Shown here in pieces: positions 20,228-28,963 of a stretch of 32,000 nucleotides of DNA. The notes beneath the pieces are model-generated. The model ran no database searches. It had not been told where the DNA came from and saw nothing but the letters and a program-made list of their open reading frames with translations. The DNA lies in the NCBI RefSeq assembly GCF_000196355.1, contig NC_007614.1:3030001-3062000 (forward strand), in the 5' to 3' direction. Positions within the stretch are counted from its first letter, which is position 1, and every line of letters starts with the position of its first letter. Position numbers and translations under genes: made by a program. The DNA comes from Nitrosospira multiformis ATCC 25196 (GTDB lineage Bacteria; Pseudomonadota; Gammaproteobacteria; Burkholderiales; Nitrosomonadaceae).

Positions 20228-20466
20228 ATTCAATACTTCGAGACCGCATGACAAGGGGTGTCGACGCGGTCGGAGGAGGATAATTTATAAATAAGGAAAT
20301 GATGTACAACACTGGTTGTAGAAGATGAAGAGACTAAACGCGATGTAGAGCGTTGAACAGCATTGGTCTATTTGCGACGCATCGAATTTATTAAGGTGTA
20401 TCAGTATTAACGTCGCCCGATAATCAAAAGTTTAGACTATCTGTGAATTATAAAATTCATTCGTTC

Positions 20467-21249
20467 CTAATCATTTCTCGCTTGCTGGCGAATACTTTCG
20501 GGCTTGGTTCCTCTGATCCATTCGCCGCTTTTCGTGAAAACACGCAATAATACCGGTGCGCCACCAATCGCTACCGCATCGACGAGGCAATACCACGCCG
20601 CTACACCGCTGGGCGGATTTCCCTGGGACAAACTGAGGACAGGCTCTATCGTAGCCCACTTCCATGTCCCGACCGCGGTGCCGATCAATTCCAGCCAGGT
20701 GGTAATAAAAAAGGCTGCCAGATAAACCATTGGGGAGCGGCCCTTGAACAGATATATCAGAAACACGCAAAATAGCAGTGCCCCTACCTGATCTCCCTGC
20801 TCAGGGTATCCGCTGATCCCCCAGAGCGACCAGAGACCACAGGTCAGGACCACGAAAGCCGCTATTTTTCGGGAATGCCTCAGAAAGAGGCCGGAGCGGG
20901 CCAGGGCGACTGCGGTAAGGTAAACCATGCCATGCCCAGGGGGCACGTAGGCTGGCACATTTCCAAAACGATAGGTGTAGCCCTGCATGTAAATGGAAGC
21001 AAAATGCTCACCCGCAGTAGCGAAAGCGACCGCGATGATCACTTGCATCCGCACTTCTTTATTTTCGCCAATCAACAGTCCGAACAGAAACGTCCAGGCA
21101 ATCAATCCCATGAAGTTTTGCTGCGCGAGACTGCCAGTTGCATCCAGATTCAGGCTGATCGCTACACAAAGAAAAGTGAGTGTGGCGATAAAGTAGTCAC
21201 GCATCCTGTGCGCATAGGGAGTATCTGGTTTGGGAAAGTTGCGTAACAT
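20467..21249 (-). CDS. Hypothetical polytopic membrane protein
   Basis: 260-aa ORF with about eight hydrophobic segments; located downstream of the hao/cyt cluster on the same strand. Confidence 0.7.
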   Translation of the reverse strand: MLRNFPKPDTPYAHRMRDYFIATLTFLCVAISLNLDATGSLAQQNFMGLIAWTFLFGLLIGENKEVRMQVIIAVAFATAGEHFASIYMQGYTYRFGNVPAYVPPGHGMVYLTAVALARSGLFLRHSRKIAAFVVLTCGLWSLWGISGYPEQGDQVGALLFCVFLIYLFKGRSPMVYLAAFFITTWLELIGTAVGTWKWATIEPVLSLSQGNPPSGVAAWYCLVDAVAIGGAPVLLRVFTKSGEWIRGTKPESIRQQARND

Positions 21250-21417
21250 TTCTTGGATCTAGTGTTGGAGACAGCTGCCCGGAGGCCGTAGGATAATTTA
21301 ACCCGCACGAGGCTTAACAACTATAAAGTGTGAACCATACCATACATCCGGGATTTCTTTGTGGCGTTTCTGCGGGGAGATAGGCAGGAAGACGAAATCA
21401 AGGCCTCCATGAAATAA

Positions 21418-21453
21418 AACCACTGTTTCCGGTTGTTACCGGAAACAGTGGTT
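21418..21453 (-). terminator. Terminator-like hairpin at the 3' end of the hao/cytochrome cluster
   Basis: 15-bp perfect inverted repeat AACCACTGTTTCCGG-TTGTTA-CCGGAAACAGTGGTT; on minus strand followed by TTATTTC (TGGTTTTATTTC). Confidence 0.85.
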
Positions 21454-21531
21454 GAACAGCAAAATTACTCGTATTGTTGTCAGGCGTCTTGAAGGAATAG
21501 GGGTACCAACCGCCAGCAAATCGGCTGATTA

Positions 21532-22134
21532 TTACTCCTCGTCTTCCTCATCCTCGTCGTCGTCATCCTTTTTTTCGGGCTTGAGCACCATCTTGCCCTG
21601 CTTGATGCTCTCGTTCAAGTCGGTTTCTGCAACTTCCTTGTGCACCAGGTTCTGGTGGCAGTCGATGCAGGTGGCGCCTTCCGTCTCCATCTTCTTGTGC
21701 GCGGCCTTGGCATCGGCTCCGGGAGGCTGCGGATTCTTGTGGCAGGCGCGGCAGGTGCGGCTGTCCCACTTCTTGAGATTCATGCGCGCATCGTGCGCCA
21801 TGATCAGGCGGCGCTCGTTGAATTTCTCCAGCGTGGAGTAGTCATTGACCATCTCCAGATAAAGCTCGCGCGCTCCGTCCACCACATGGGTCGCCACCGC
21901 CAGGTGGAAGTTCTGCAATCCCTGCGGGATGTGGCAGTCCTTGCAACCGGGGTTGGCGCCCAGGGCGCCATAGTGCGAGGATTCCTTCAACTCCTCGGCC
22001 GGATAAGTCATGGAGTGGCAACTGGTGCAGAATTCGGTGGTGGAGACGGCCGCTTCGCCGCCCAATACCACCGCCACCATCACCACGCCCAAGAGTGTGC
22101 CCACCAGGAGGGCACTACCTGTCTTCATCGCCAT
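21532..22134 (-). CDS. cycX: NapC/NirT-family tetraheme cytochrome c (c(M)552)
   Basis: Four CxxCH motifs (CTSCH, CKDCH, CRACH, CIDCH), N-terminal TM anchor, adjacent to cycA; this gene is also called cycB. Confidence 0.92.
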   Translation of the reverse strand: MAMKTGSALLVGTLLGVVMVAVVLGGEAAVSTTEFCTSCHSMTYPAEELKESSHYGALGANPGCKDCHIPQGLQNFHLAVATHVVDGARELYLEMVNDYSTLEKFNERRLIMAHDARMNLKKWDSRTCRACHKNPQPPGADAKAAHKKMETEGATCIDCHQNLVHKEVAETDLNESIKQGKMVLKPEKKDDDDEDEEDEE

Positions 22135-22135
22135 G

Positions 22136-22843
22136 TCAGTCGTCCGAACCTTTCTCGCCTACCTTGGCGCTGGACTGGAATTCATCGTGGTACTTGAACT
22201 TCGGATCCCCCGTGAAGACCCCATCGAGCTTGTAGTGCTCGTGCATGGCCTTGGTGTCCTTGACGTACTTGTCAAAGTCGAAGGTGTATTTCTTGTCCAC
22301 GTCCGGGGTGAAGGGGGTGTAGGGTTCCTTGGCACCTTTCCACGGGCTGCCCTTGTAGTTCATGTGGCAGGCATTGCAGCTTTCCTCGAAGCTGAAGTCC
22401 TGCCCGGCATCGGCCAGCACCTGGCGGGAGGTGGTCTTCTTCGATTTCTCGAAAGCGGCGCCGGATTTGCGGTGGATGCCGCGGTACTTGGAGCCGGGTC
22501 CATGGCAGGATTCGCAGCCTACCCCGGTCAGGAACTTGCTCGGGTCGTCAATCGTGTAGCCGCCTTCCTTGCCCCAGCCATCCACATGACAGCCGACGCA
22601 GTCCTTGTCCTTGGTGTAGTCCTTGGCAGGATCGAGCTTGGCCTTCTTCTTGGCTTCGGCCTTGTTGTTGGGCTTCAGCGAGTCCATGGCCTTGGCGTGC
22701 GCCGTGCTGCCCCAGGATTCGGCCTGGCTCTTGTGACAGGAACTGCATTTCTTGCGGCCTTCAAACGATTCGGCAGAGGCGCTGCCGGCCATGACCGCAA
22801 ACAGGGCTGCTGCGGCCAGGGCGAGTGTCATGCGATGGTTCAT
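22136..22843 (-). CDS. cycA: Tetraheme cytochrome c554
   Basis: Signal peptide plus CSSCH, CVGCH, CESCH, CNACH; located in the hao cluster; AAGGAGG RBS upstream. Confidence 0.95.
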   Translation of the reverse strand: MNHRMTLALAAAALFAVMAGSASAESFEGRKKCSSCHKSQAESWGSTAHAKAMDSLKPNNKAEAKKKAKLDPAKDYTKDKDCVGCHVDGWGKEGGYTIDDPSKFLTGVGCESCHGPGSKYRGIHRKSGAAFEKSKKTTSRQVLADAGQDFSFEESCNACHMNYKGSPWKGAKEPYTPFTPDVDKKYTFDFDKYVKDTKAMHEHYKLDGVFTGDPKFKYHDEFQSSAKVGEKGSDD

Positions 22844-23162
22844 CCTTCCTCCTTTTTTCTTTCGGCAAATATATCCGTTGTTTCCGTTATATCCCTGGAT
22901 TCGATTCTTGTATTTCTTCCAGCTCCATGCGACTGCAACCTGATCCGCATCCTGTTTTTCATTGCTTCCTGCTGCTTGTTCTTGTTCTTGTTCTTTTTTA
23001 CTGTATTTCCCTGTTATTGTAATGCGCTTGCAATGATCGCAATGTCAGGACACACTTTTTATTGTGTCCATACTGTATCTCTGGTTCATACAGACGGGTA
23101 GCACCAGTACCATCACTCTTTCTGGTACCACTGGTACCGGTGGCACCCCCAGCGCAGCACGG

Positions 23163-23247
23163 GGGACCCGCAAAGCGGGGTCGGGCAGGGGGACCCGGAG
23201 CGCGGCGCGAGGGGCCCGCAAAGCGGGATCGGGCAGCGGGGGGGCGC
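23163..23247. repeat. 48-bp-period GC-rich direct repeat in the haoB-cycA intergenic region
   Basis: CCCGCAAAGCGGGGTCGGGCAG at 23166 recurs as CCCGCAAAGCGGGATCGGGCAG at 23214, offset 48 bp. Confidence 0.8.
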
Positions 23248-23591
23248 CGGGATCGCGCCTGATACAAAGTGTACGGATGCATGGCTGTATCGTCGCCGAA
23301 TTCTTTTTTCCCACGCGCGATCCCTTCCCGCAGCTTATATCCGGTATCGTGTTTCGGCTTGCTACAGCAAAAATCCTTGTTCCCGTGCAGGCCGCTTTGC
23401 AGTTCGATCGCCTTGAGAAGTACCGCGGCCGTGCCGGGTGCAGATGCGCAGAGGATCTGCGACAGGCTCAGCGTCGGTCGGGGACAAGGGCTACAGATGA
23501 ATGGAAGAAACGCGGGCAACAGACATGACCTGTTCCGCATTCTGAATCAGGACTCAACAAGCTGTCAGGCAGAACCTGGCCTGCTTCAGGT

Positions 23592-23625
23592 AAATAAAAA
23601 CAGCCCGGGCAAAGCCGGGCTGTGT
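23592..23625 (-). terminator. Terminator-like hairpin between haoB and cycA
   Basis: Minus strand: CAGCCCGG-CTTTGC-CCGGGCTG followed by TTTTTATTTACC. Confidence 0.85.
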
Positions 23626-23719
23626 TGCTACGTTTGATGAGGTGGCCCTACAGATGCGGTTGTCGGCAGAAGTGGGTGGTCATTAACCTGTGCCGTTTGC
23701 GTCAACCGCGATAGCGGAT

Positions 23720-24835
23720 TTACTCGGCGGCCGGAGGCAGGACGGGCGCCGGAAAGGAGGCGGCATCCTCCGGGGTGGCGCCGGCTGAGGCAGGTTCCTT
23801 GCCGCCCGGTATCCTGTACACCCAGTAGCCCCCGGTCTGGTAGATGAGCTGCACCGCGGTCAGGTCAAGCGGCATCGACTGGGTGAAGGGCAGCATCTGC
23901 GCAATCAGGGTCTGGTCGCTTTTGTCATCCTTGAGGAAGTAGCCGCGCACCAGCCTGTCCGAGAGGGATTGCAGGGTGTAGGTCTTGTAGTTGTTGTCCA
24001 GCACCCATCGCTTGAGATAGTCGACCATGCCATGCATGTTGCCTTCCATGGGGAAGTTGCGATAGGCAACGTCGAACCGCCCCGGACGCATGACGCCAAG
24101 CTTGTACAGGTCGGTGACATGAATGGCAAGATAGGCTTCGCGATCGCCCGCCAGTTCGCGCAGGATGGCAGCCCCCGCTTGAGGTTCGGCCATCAGGGCA
24201 TCGGCAAAGCGCTCGAATTTCTGCTCTTCTTCCCGTCCTGCCTTGCCGCCCCAGAAGTCGTCTTCGTATTTGCGGATGGCGTCAGCCTGCTTCTGCCACG
24301 GCGTCGGTATGACGAGGTAATCGGAGAACTGTCCGCTGAACAGGGTGTCGCGCTTCGAGAGAAGCTTGAGCTGGCGCGAGGTGTCCCACCAGCCAAGCAC
24401 CAGCGCATCCTTGCCCGCGTACTTGTCGATGGCGGCAGCCAGAGTGGCCAGTTCGTTGAGTTTGAGATCGGTCGTGAGCAGCAGCTCACTCGTGCGGTTT
24501 TCCCAGTCGAGCCTCACCTGCGGGCCATTGGCCTGACGTGCCGCATGCAGCACCGCCAGCGGCTGGGGAATGTCTTCGGCAAAGACTTCATACCGGGCAA
24601 TGGAAAGGTCCGGCCACTTGCCCAGTCCAAGCTGCGGGAATTTGTCTGCGCTGCCTTCTTCCGCCAGCTGGTAGCGGTAGGGGGCAGGCCCGGGATTGAA
24701 CCATGCCCAGGCAAACCACAGGAGCAAAAGAATTCCTCCCGCCACCAGGAGAATGCCCAGTGAGGGGAGGAGTTTAGAGCCAGGCCGCGCCCCCGGGGTG
24801 GGGGCAGCGGCGCGGCTGGAAGTTGAGGCTGTCAA
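23720..24835 (-). CDS. haoB: HaoB, hao-cluster orf2 membrane-anchored protein
   Basis: 371-aa ORF immediately downstream of haoA with a single N-terminal TM (LLPSLGILLVAGGILLLLWFAWAW); position matches haoB of AOB. Confidence 0.85.
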   Translation of the reverse strand: MTASTSSRAAAPTPGARPGSKLLPSLGILLVAGGILLLLWFAWAWFNPGPAPYRYQLAEEGSADKFPQLGLGKWPDLSIARYEVFAEDIPQPLAVLHAARQANGPQVRLDWENRTSELLLTTDLKLNELATLAAAIDKYAGKDALVLGWWDTSRQLKLLSKRDTLFSGQFSDYLVIPTPWQKQADAIRKYEDDFWGGKAGREEEQKFERFADALMAEPQAGAAILRELAGDREAYLAIHVTDLYKLGVMRPGRFDVAYRNFPMEGNMHGMVDYLKRWVLDNNYKTYTLQSLSDRLVRGYFLKDDKSDQTLIAQMLPFTQSMPLDLTAVQLIYQTGGYWVYRIPGGKEPASAGATPEDAASFPAPVLPPAAE

Positions 24836-24867
24836 ACTTGTTATCTAACCTTCAGTGCTGATAGTGC

Positions 24868-26580
24868 TTACTGACGCTCGCTTTTCTCGCGCCGGCGCCA
24901 GCCTGCCAGGGCAAGCGTGCCAGCTAGCAGCATGCCGCCACCCAGACCGCCAAGCGAGAGCTTCTCGCTGCTGTCAAGGTCGAACAGGCTTGCCTTGCGC
25001 TTGGCCTCGAGCTTCGCTACCTTCGCCTGCAACGCCGCCATTTCACGGATCTTGGTGTTCTCGTCCATGACTTCGACGTAGTCGCGGTTCATCGGGCCCC
25101 AGCCTTCGGTATAGGTCCAGCCGCCCGGGTTGACGTGCGCCAGCCCTACGTGCAGTTTGGGAAGGTTGTTCTCTCCCATTTCCAGTACCTTGAGCTCGAT
25201 CGCAGCAGGGTTGTTGTCCTTGCTCCAGTAGAGCTGGGTGAAGCCTGCGAACATTTCCTTGTCGGGCGGCAGCGGCGTCGGACGGTTGGTCTTCTGGCCG
25301 GTCAGCAGCCCTTCCTTGTAGAGCTTCTCAGCCACCGCGTGCGCTTCCTTGTACTTGGCGATGCCGTGCAGCGTGCCCTTGTCCATGAATTCAAGATAGG
25401 AGCGGGCAAAACGCTCGGAGTGGCAGGAGGTGCAGGTCTTGACCCAGGAGTCAAGCCGCGCTTCCGACCATTCGCTGTTGATGTTCTCGGCTATGCCGGG
25501 AACCGCAGGGTAGTTGGCCCAGCGTATCTTCCTCACGACGTTGTGGCTGTACTTGCCTTCATATTCGAAGTGGCAGCCGGCACAGGTGGGCGCAGTCTGC
25601 CCGCCCTTGGTGTAGGCGTCCTTGAGCGGCGCATTCCAGTTCCACTTGTCCCCCATGATCGCTACGGTCTTGCCGTGCTTGCTCATGGAGTAGGCTTCCC
25701 AGTTGTTGTGGTCTACCCCGCTGTGGCAGGTGGCGCACGCTTCAGGATGACGCGACTCGGCAGCAGAGAATTCGTGCCGCGTGTGGCAGGAGTCGCATTT
25801 GTTCTGGTTGGTGTGGCACATGCTGCAGCCTTCGGCAATCTCGCGCTGCGGCATGGAGGCAAATACCGCTACTTCTACGTTGGCCTTCCAGTCCAGCGAG
25901 TGCGAGGGGCGTCCCTGCGGCCATTGCTTGTTCGGCCATACCAGCGTGTCGCGCTCGGATTCGCGTTCGGCAAATTCCTGCAGGTGGCAGGTGCCGCATA
26001 CGTCCGCCGTCGGCATCCGCAGATCCTTCATGTGGTCTGCCTTGTCCTTCTTGTTGATGTCAACGTGACAGTCGATGCATCCTACTTCCTTGAGCTTGTC
26101 GTTGGCCCCAAGCTTGCCCATCGAGCGAAGATTCTTCTCCACGTCTTCAAGCTTCGCCTTCTTGTAGTACGTCGGGTCTTCAGGCTTCAGGTTCCGGATC
26201 TTGTCCAGGTTCGCGTGCGTGCTCCGCTTCCACGCACTCACCCATACCGGCGATTCGTCCGTGTGGCATTTGACGCATTCCTCACGCGCCGCTACTTCCT
26301 TCATCGAGGTCGGCGGCTTGTAGTACGAGGCAGGGTCAAAGTACATGCTCATCGGGATCGGCTCCCAGTACTTCGCCAGCGTGCCGCGCCCCGCTCCCTG
26401 CGCAGGATCCTTGTATCGCTTCACCAGCGCCGAATGCAGTTCCTTCGGCGAGGCCGACTGCTCCAGCTTCAGCGCCTTATACGTCTCTTTGGGAACGCTG
26501 GGAAAGTTAGCCCACGTGGCGCCCGCAAACAGCACCCCACACGCAAGCGTAACCAGCCTCAGCCAAGGCTTCATTAACAT
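24868..26580 (-). CDS. haoA: Hydroxylamine oxidoreductase (octaheme)
   Basis: Eight CxxCH motifs (CVKCH, CIDCH, CGTCH, CSMCH, CDSCH, CATCH, CAGCH, CTSCH), signal peptide [25 protein letters not shown]-terminal TM; ATG at 26580 after AAGGAG, giving 570 aa. Confidence 0.97.
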   Translation of the reverse strand: MLMKPWLRLVTLACGVLFAGATWANFPSVPKETYKALKLEQSASPKELHSALVKRYKDPAQGAGRGTLAKYWEPIPMSMYFDPASYYKPPTSMKEVAAREECVKCHTDESPVWVSAWKRSTHANLDKIRNLKPEDPTYYKKAKLEDVEKNLRSMGKLGANDKLKEVGCIDCHVDINKKDKADHMKDLRMPTADVCGTCHLQEFAERESERDTLVWPNKQWPQGRPSHSLDWKANVEVAVFASMPQREIAEGCSMCHTNQNKCDSCHTRHEFSAAESRHPEACATCHSGVDHNNWEAYSMSKHGKTVAIMGDKWNWNAPLKDAYTKGGQTAPTCAGCHFEYEGKYSHNVVRKIRWANYPAVPGIAENINSEWSEARLDSWVKTCTSCHSERFARSYLEFMDKGTLHGIAKYKEAHAVAEKLYKEGLLTGQKTNRPTPLPPDKEMFAGFTQLYWSKDNNPAAIELKVLEMGENNLPKLHVGLAHVNPGGWTYTEGWGPMNRDYVEVMDENTKIREMAALQAKVAKLEAKRKASLFDLDSSEKLSLGGLGGGMLLAGTLALAGWRRREKSERQ

Positions 26581-26729
26581 CTGCTTCTCTCCTTTACTCC
26601 GTAATGATGTTGTTGTGTCTGGATACCGCGTCACCGCATCCATTCCGATACGGCCTTCCCTCGCGCTACACATATCCATGTCTCAGCCAAAATCCCGCGC
26701 AATTCCCGGGCCAGACTAAAACAGCGCGT

Positions 26730-26758
26730 AGCCTAACTGGACAGATACCCTGTGTCAA
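26730..26758 (-). promoter_or_regulatory. Candidate sigma70 promoter for haoA
   Basis: Minus strand TTGACA-17 bp-TAGGCT: perfect -35 box, optimal spacing, weak -10 box; about 150 nt before the haoA ATG. Confidence 0.4.
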
Positions 26759-26809
26759 GGAAATTGAGCATCGCGACGCCAGGCGCCGCGATGTTTCGGA
26801 GATATTTCT

Positions 26810-27661
26810 TTAAGGCGCCGTGCGCGTCGCGCCGCTCACGGGCTTTTCTTCTGTGGTGGCAGGATAAGGAGCAGACTTATTGACGTAATGCAACACCATG
26901 CCCGTCAATACTGCCCCCCCCACGATATTACCGAGTGTTACCGGAACCTGGTTCCAGAACAGCCATTGTCCGACAGTGATGTCAGCGCCGAGAAGAATAG
27001 CCGTGGGCATGACAAACATGTTTACGATGGAGTGCTCGAAAGCCAAGGCGAAAAAGGTTGAAACCGGCAACCAGATAGCCACCACCTTGCCCGTGGCGGA
27101 TGTGGAAATCATGCCCAAGACGGTACCCATTGCCACCATCCAATTGCACAGTATGCCTTTGACGAAGGCGGTCAGCCAGCCGTTCGCGCCCGCGTGCTCA
27201 TACACCAGCGTTTTGGATTTGGCTACGGCGATGATCTTGTCTCCAAGCGCCCCATGTCCCTCGACGAACGCTTCAGTCAAGGCGATAGCGAGCAAAAACC
27301 CGACAAAGACACAACCGAAAAAATTACCGATATATACCCAGGTCCAGTTGCGGAACAGCTTATCCATTGTGGTTTTACCCCGCAGCACGCCGACGGGCAG
27401 CACTGCGAAATTGCCGGTGGCAAGCTCCATGCCAAGCAATATGATCATGGCAAAGCCGACCGGGAAGACGGCGCCTGAAACGAGTGCAGCAACGTTTTCA
27501 GGAAGACCGGCGGAAACCTTGAACGCGAGGGCGGTGCCGTACGCCAGAAGCGCGCCTGACATGAAGCCCTTGACCAACATCGTGCCCACGTCCAGTCCCG
27601 CCTTTTTCTTGCTGGCAGCTTCCACCTCTTCCATGAGTTTCAATGGCGGATGATAGTCCAT
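26810..27661 (-). CDS. Formate/nitrite transporter (FNT) family channel
   Basis: GMELATGNFAVLPVG, NWTWVYIGNFFGC, GILCNWMVAMGT, FEHSIVNMFVMP typical of the FNT family. Confidence 0.93.
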   Translation of the reverse strand: MDYHPPLKLMEEVEAASKKKAGLDVGTMLVKGFMSGALLAYGTALAFKVSAGLPENVAALVSGAVFPVGFAMIILLGMELATGNFAVLPVGVLRGKTTMDKLFRNWTWVYIGNFFGCVFVGFLLAIALTEAFVEGHGALGDKIIAVAKSKTLVYEHAGANGWLTAFVKGILCNWMVAMGTVLGMISTSATGKVVAIWLPVSTFFALAFEHSIVNMFVMPTAILLGADITVGQWLFWNQVPVTLGNIVGGAVLTGMVLHYVNKSAPYPATTEEKPVSGATRTAP

Positions 27662-27698
27662 ACTTTTCTCTCAATTCTCCTAACGGAAAGTTTACGAT

Positions 27699-28322
27699 TT
27701 ATGCGAATGTTCGGTCTGACCCGCTTTGATCAGGTTTATCCGGGCCCACACCGCCACCTACTAGCAAAGTCCCGAGCCACCAAAAGAAAAGCAGCACCGA
27801 AGCTATGACCATATACCACCCGGCATTCTCCTGATCATTCACCAGGTAACTGTTGCAGACACGCACAGGTGCAACAATATATAACCATCCGAGTACCGCC
27901 AGCATACTGAAAAAATTGGTCCAGACAAAGCCCCGGCCAATAAGGGTGAGGCGCCTCCAGGCCAAAACCAGAGGAAATCCGACGAGAAATGGTAGGCTTA
28001 GGAATTTCGCCACTTCAGCCCATGGATCTGTCAATGCCGCATCCAGTGCCCGAGGAAGCATCCAGTAACTTGAAGCGAACAAGGCCGCTATTACACAAGG
28101 CCAAGCGCCACCGAACCGGATCAGAAGAGAATCCTGAATACGCCCGGGTACCAGTCGGGCAGCAATGATTCCGACTACTACAAGCAAAGGCATCTGCACC
28201 AGCATATGCCTGCTCATGGAAGCTTCCAGCCAGTCTCGTGCAATAGGTGTGGCAAGGAGCAGGTAGAACACTCCAAGCGCAAGCGCGCTTCTGCCGGAAT
28301 AATGAGATAGGGCTCCAATCAT
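27699..28322 (-). CDS. Membrane protein, orf1 of norSY-senC-orf1 cluster
   Basis: 207-aa polytopic protein overlapping the senC start by 4 bp; position matches AOB sNOR clusters. Confidence 0.75.
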   Translation of the reverse strand: MIGALSHYSGRSALALGVFYLLLATPIARDWLEASMSRHMLVQMPLLVVVGIIAARLVPGRIQDSLLIRFGGAWPCVIAALFASSYWMLPRALDAALTDPWAEVAKFLSLPFLVGFPLVLAWRRLTLIGRGFVWTNFFSMLAVLGWLYIVAPVRVCNSYLVNDQENAGWYMVIASVLLFFWWLGTLLVGGGVGPDKPDQSGSDRTFA

Positions 28323-28933
28323 AGCAACGCTACGACTTGCTCGGCGAATGGGACCGCTTTATCGATATCGCTGATCAGCCTGAGTCTTCCATCCCGCCCG
28401 ACGAGATGAAGAGCGGTGTTATGCTCGAATCCGCCAAACTGGTCCGGTATCACGATAATGCCAAAGGCATCCAGCAGCGATTGAAGCTCCGCCTTGTCGC
28501 GTACTCTTGCGATACGCCAGATCTCGCCGTCAGCGCCATAGGCTTCGCCATACTTCTTCAAACTGGCGGGATCGTCGTGTTCAGGATCAAAGCTGATGCT
28601 AAGCAGGGCAAAATCGCGCCCTAACGACTCCTCTGGTATCAGGTCCCGAATCTGCTTGAAGATCATGCCCATGCTCCGACACAAGGTGGTGCAGCGCGTG
28701 AAGATGAAGTCTACCGCAAGCAACTTGCCCTGGTAATCTTTCAGGTGAAAGATTTTTCCGTTCTGATCTTCAAGTGTAACATCCGGCAGCGCACGCGGAG
28801 AGCGAAGTATTTCCACGCGCCTTGCCGTTTCGGCCGTAAATGCCGTGAACCCGTCAGTACCCCACCAAAAAACCCATGTGCCCAGCGAAGTCACCAGCGC
28901 TGAAATAAGTACGCTGCGTTTTGCCAGGCTCAT
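28319..28933 (-). CDS. senC: SCO1/SenC family copper chaperone
   Basis: VDFIFTRCTTLCRSM (CxxxC), thioredoxin-like fold pattern, HLVGRDGRL. Confidence 0.92.
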   Translation of the reverse strand: MSLAKRSVLISALVTSLGTWVFWWGTDGFTAFTAETARRVEILRSPRALPDVTLEDQNGKIFHLKDYQGKLLAVDFIFTRCTTLCRSMGMIFKQIRDLIPEESLGRDFALLSISFDPEHDDPASLKKYGEAYGADGEIWRIARVRDKAELQSLLDAFGIIVIPDQFGGFEHNTALHLVGRDGRLRLISDIDKAVPFAEQVVALL

Positions 28934-28963
28934 GGGTTATATCACGCCCTTACCATGTAGGTG

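Noticed and set aside
22998-23540. 180-aa ORF in the haoB-cycA gap as a real gene
   Set aside because: Low-complexity Arg/Pro/Gly-rich sequence driven by the 48-bp repeat; no signal or domain. Kept only as part of the repeat/gap observation.
23969-24763. 264-aa plus-strand ORF antisense to haoB
   Set aside because: Overlaps the positional haoB; no domain evidence.
25135-26577. 480-aa ORF antisense to haoA
   Set aside because: Shadow ORF created by GC-rich coding sequence of haoA; Arg/Val-rich with no recognizable domain. The opposite strand has eight CxxCH motifs.
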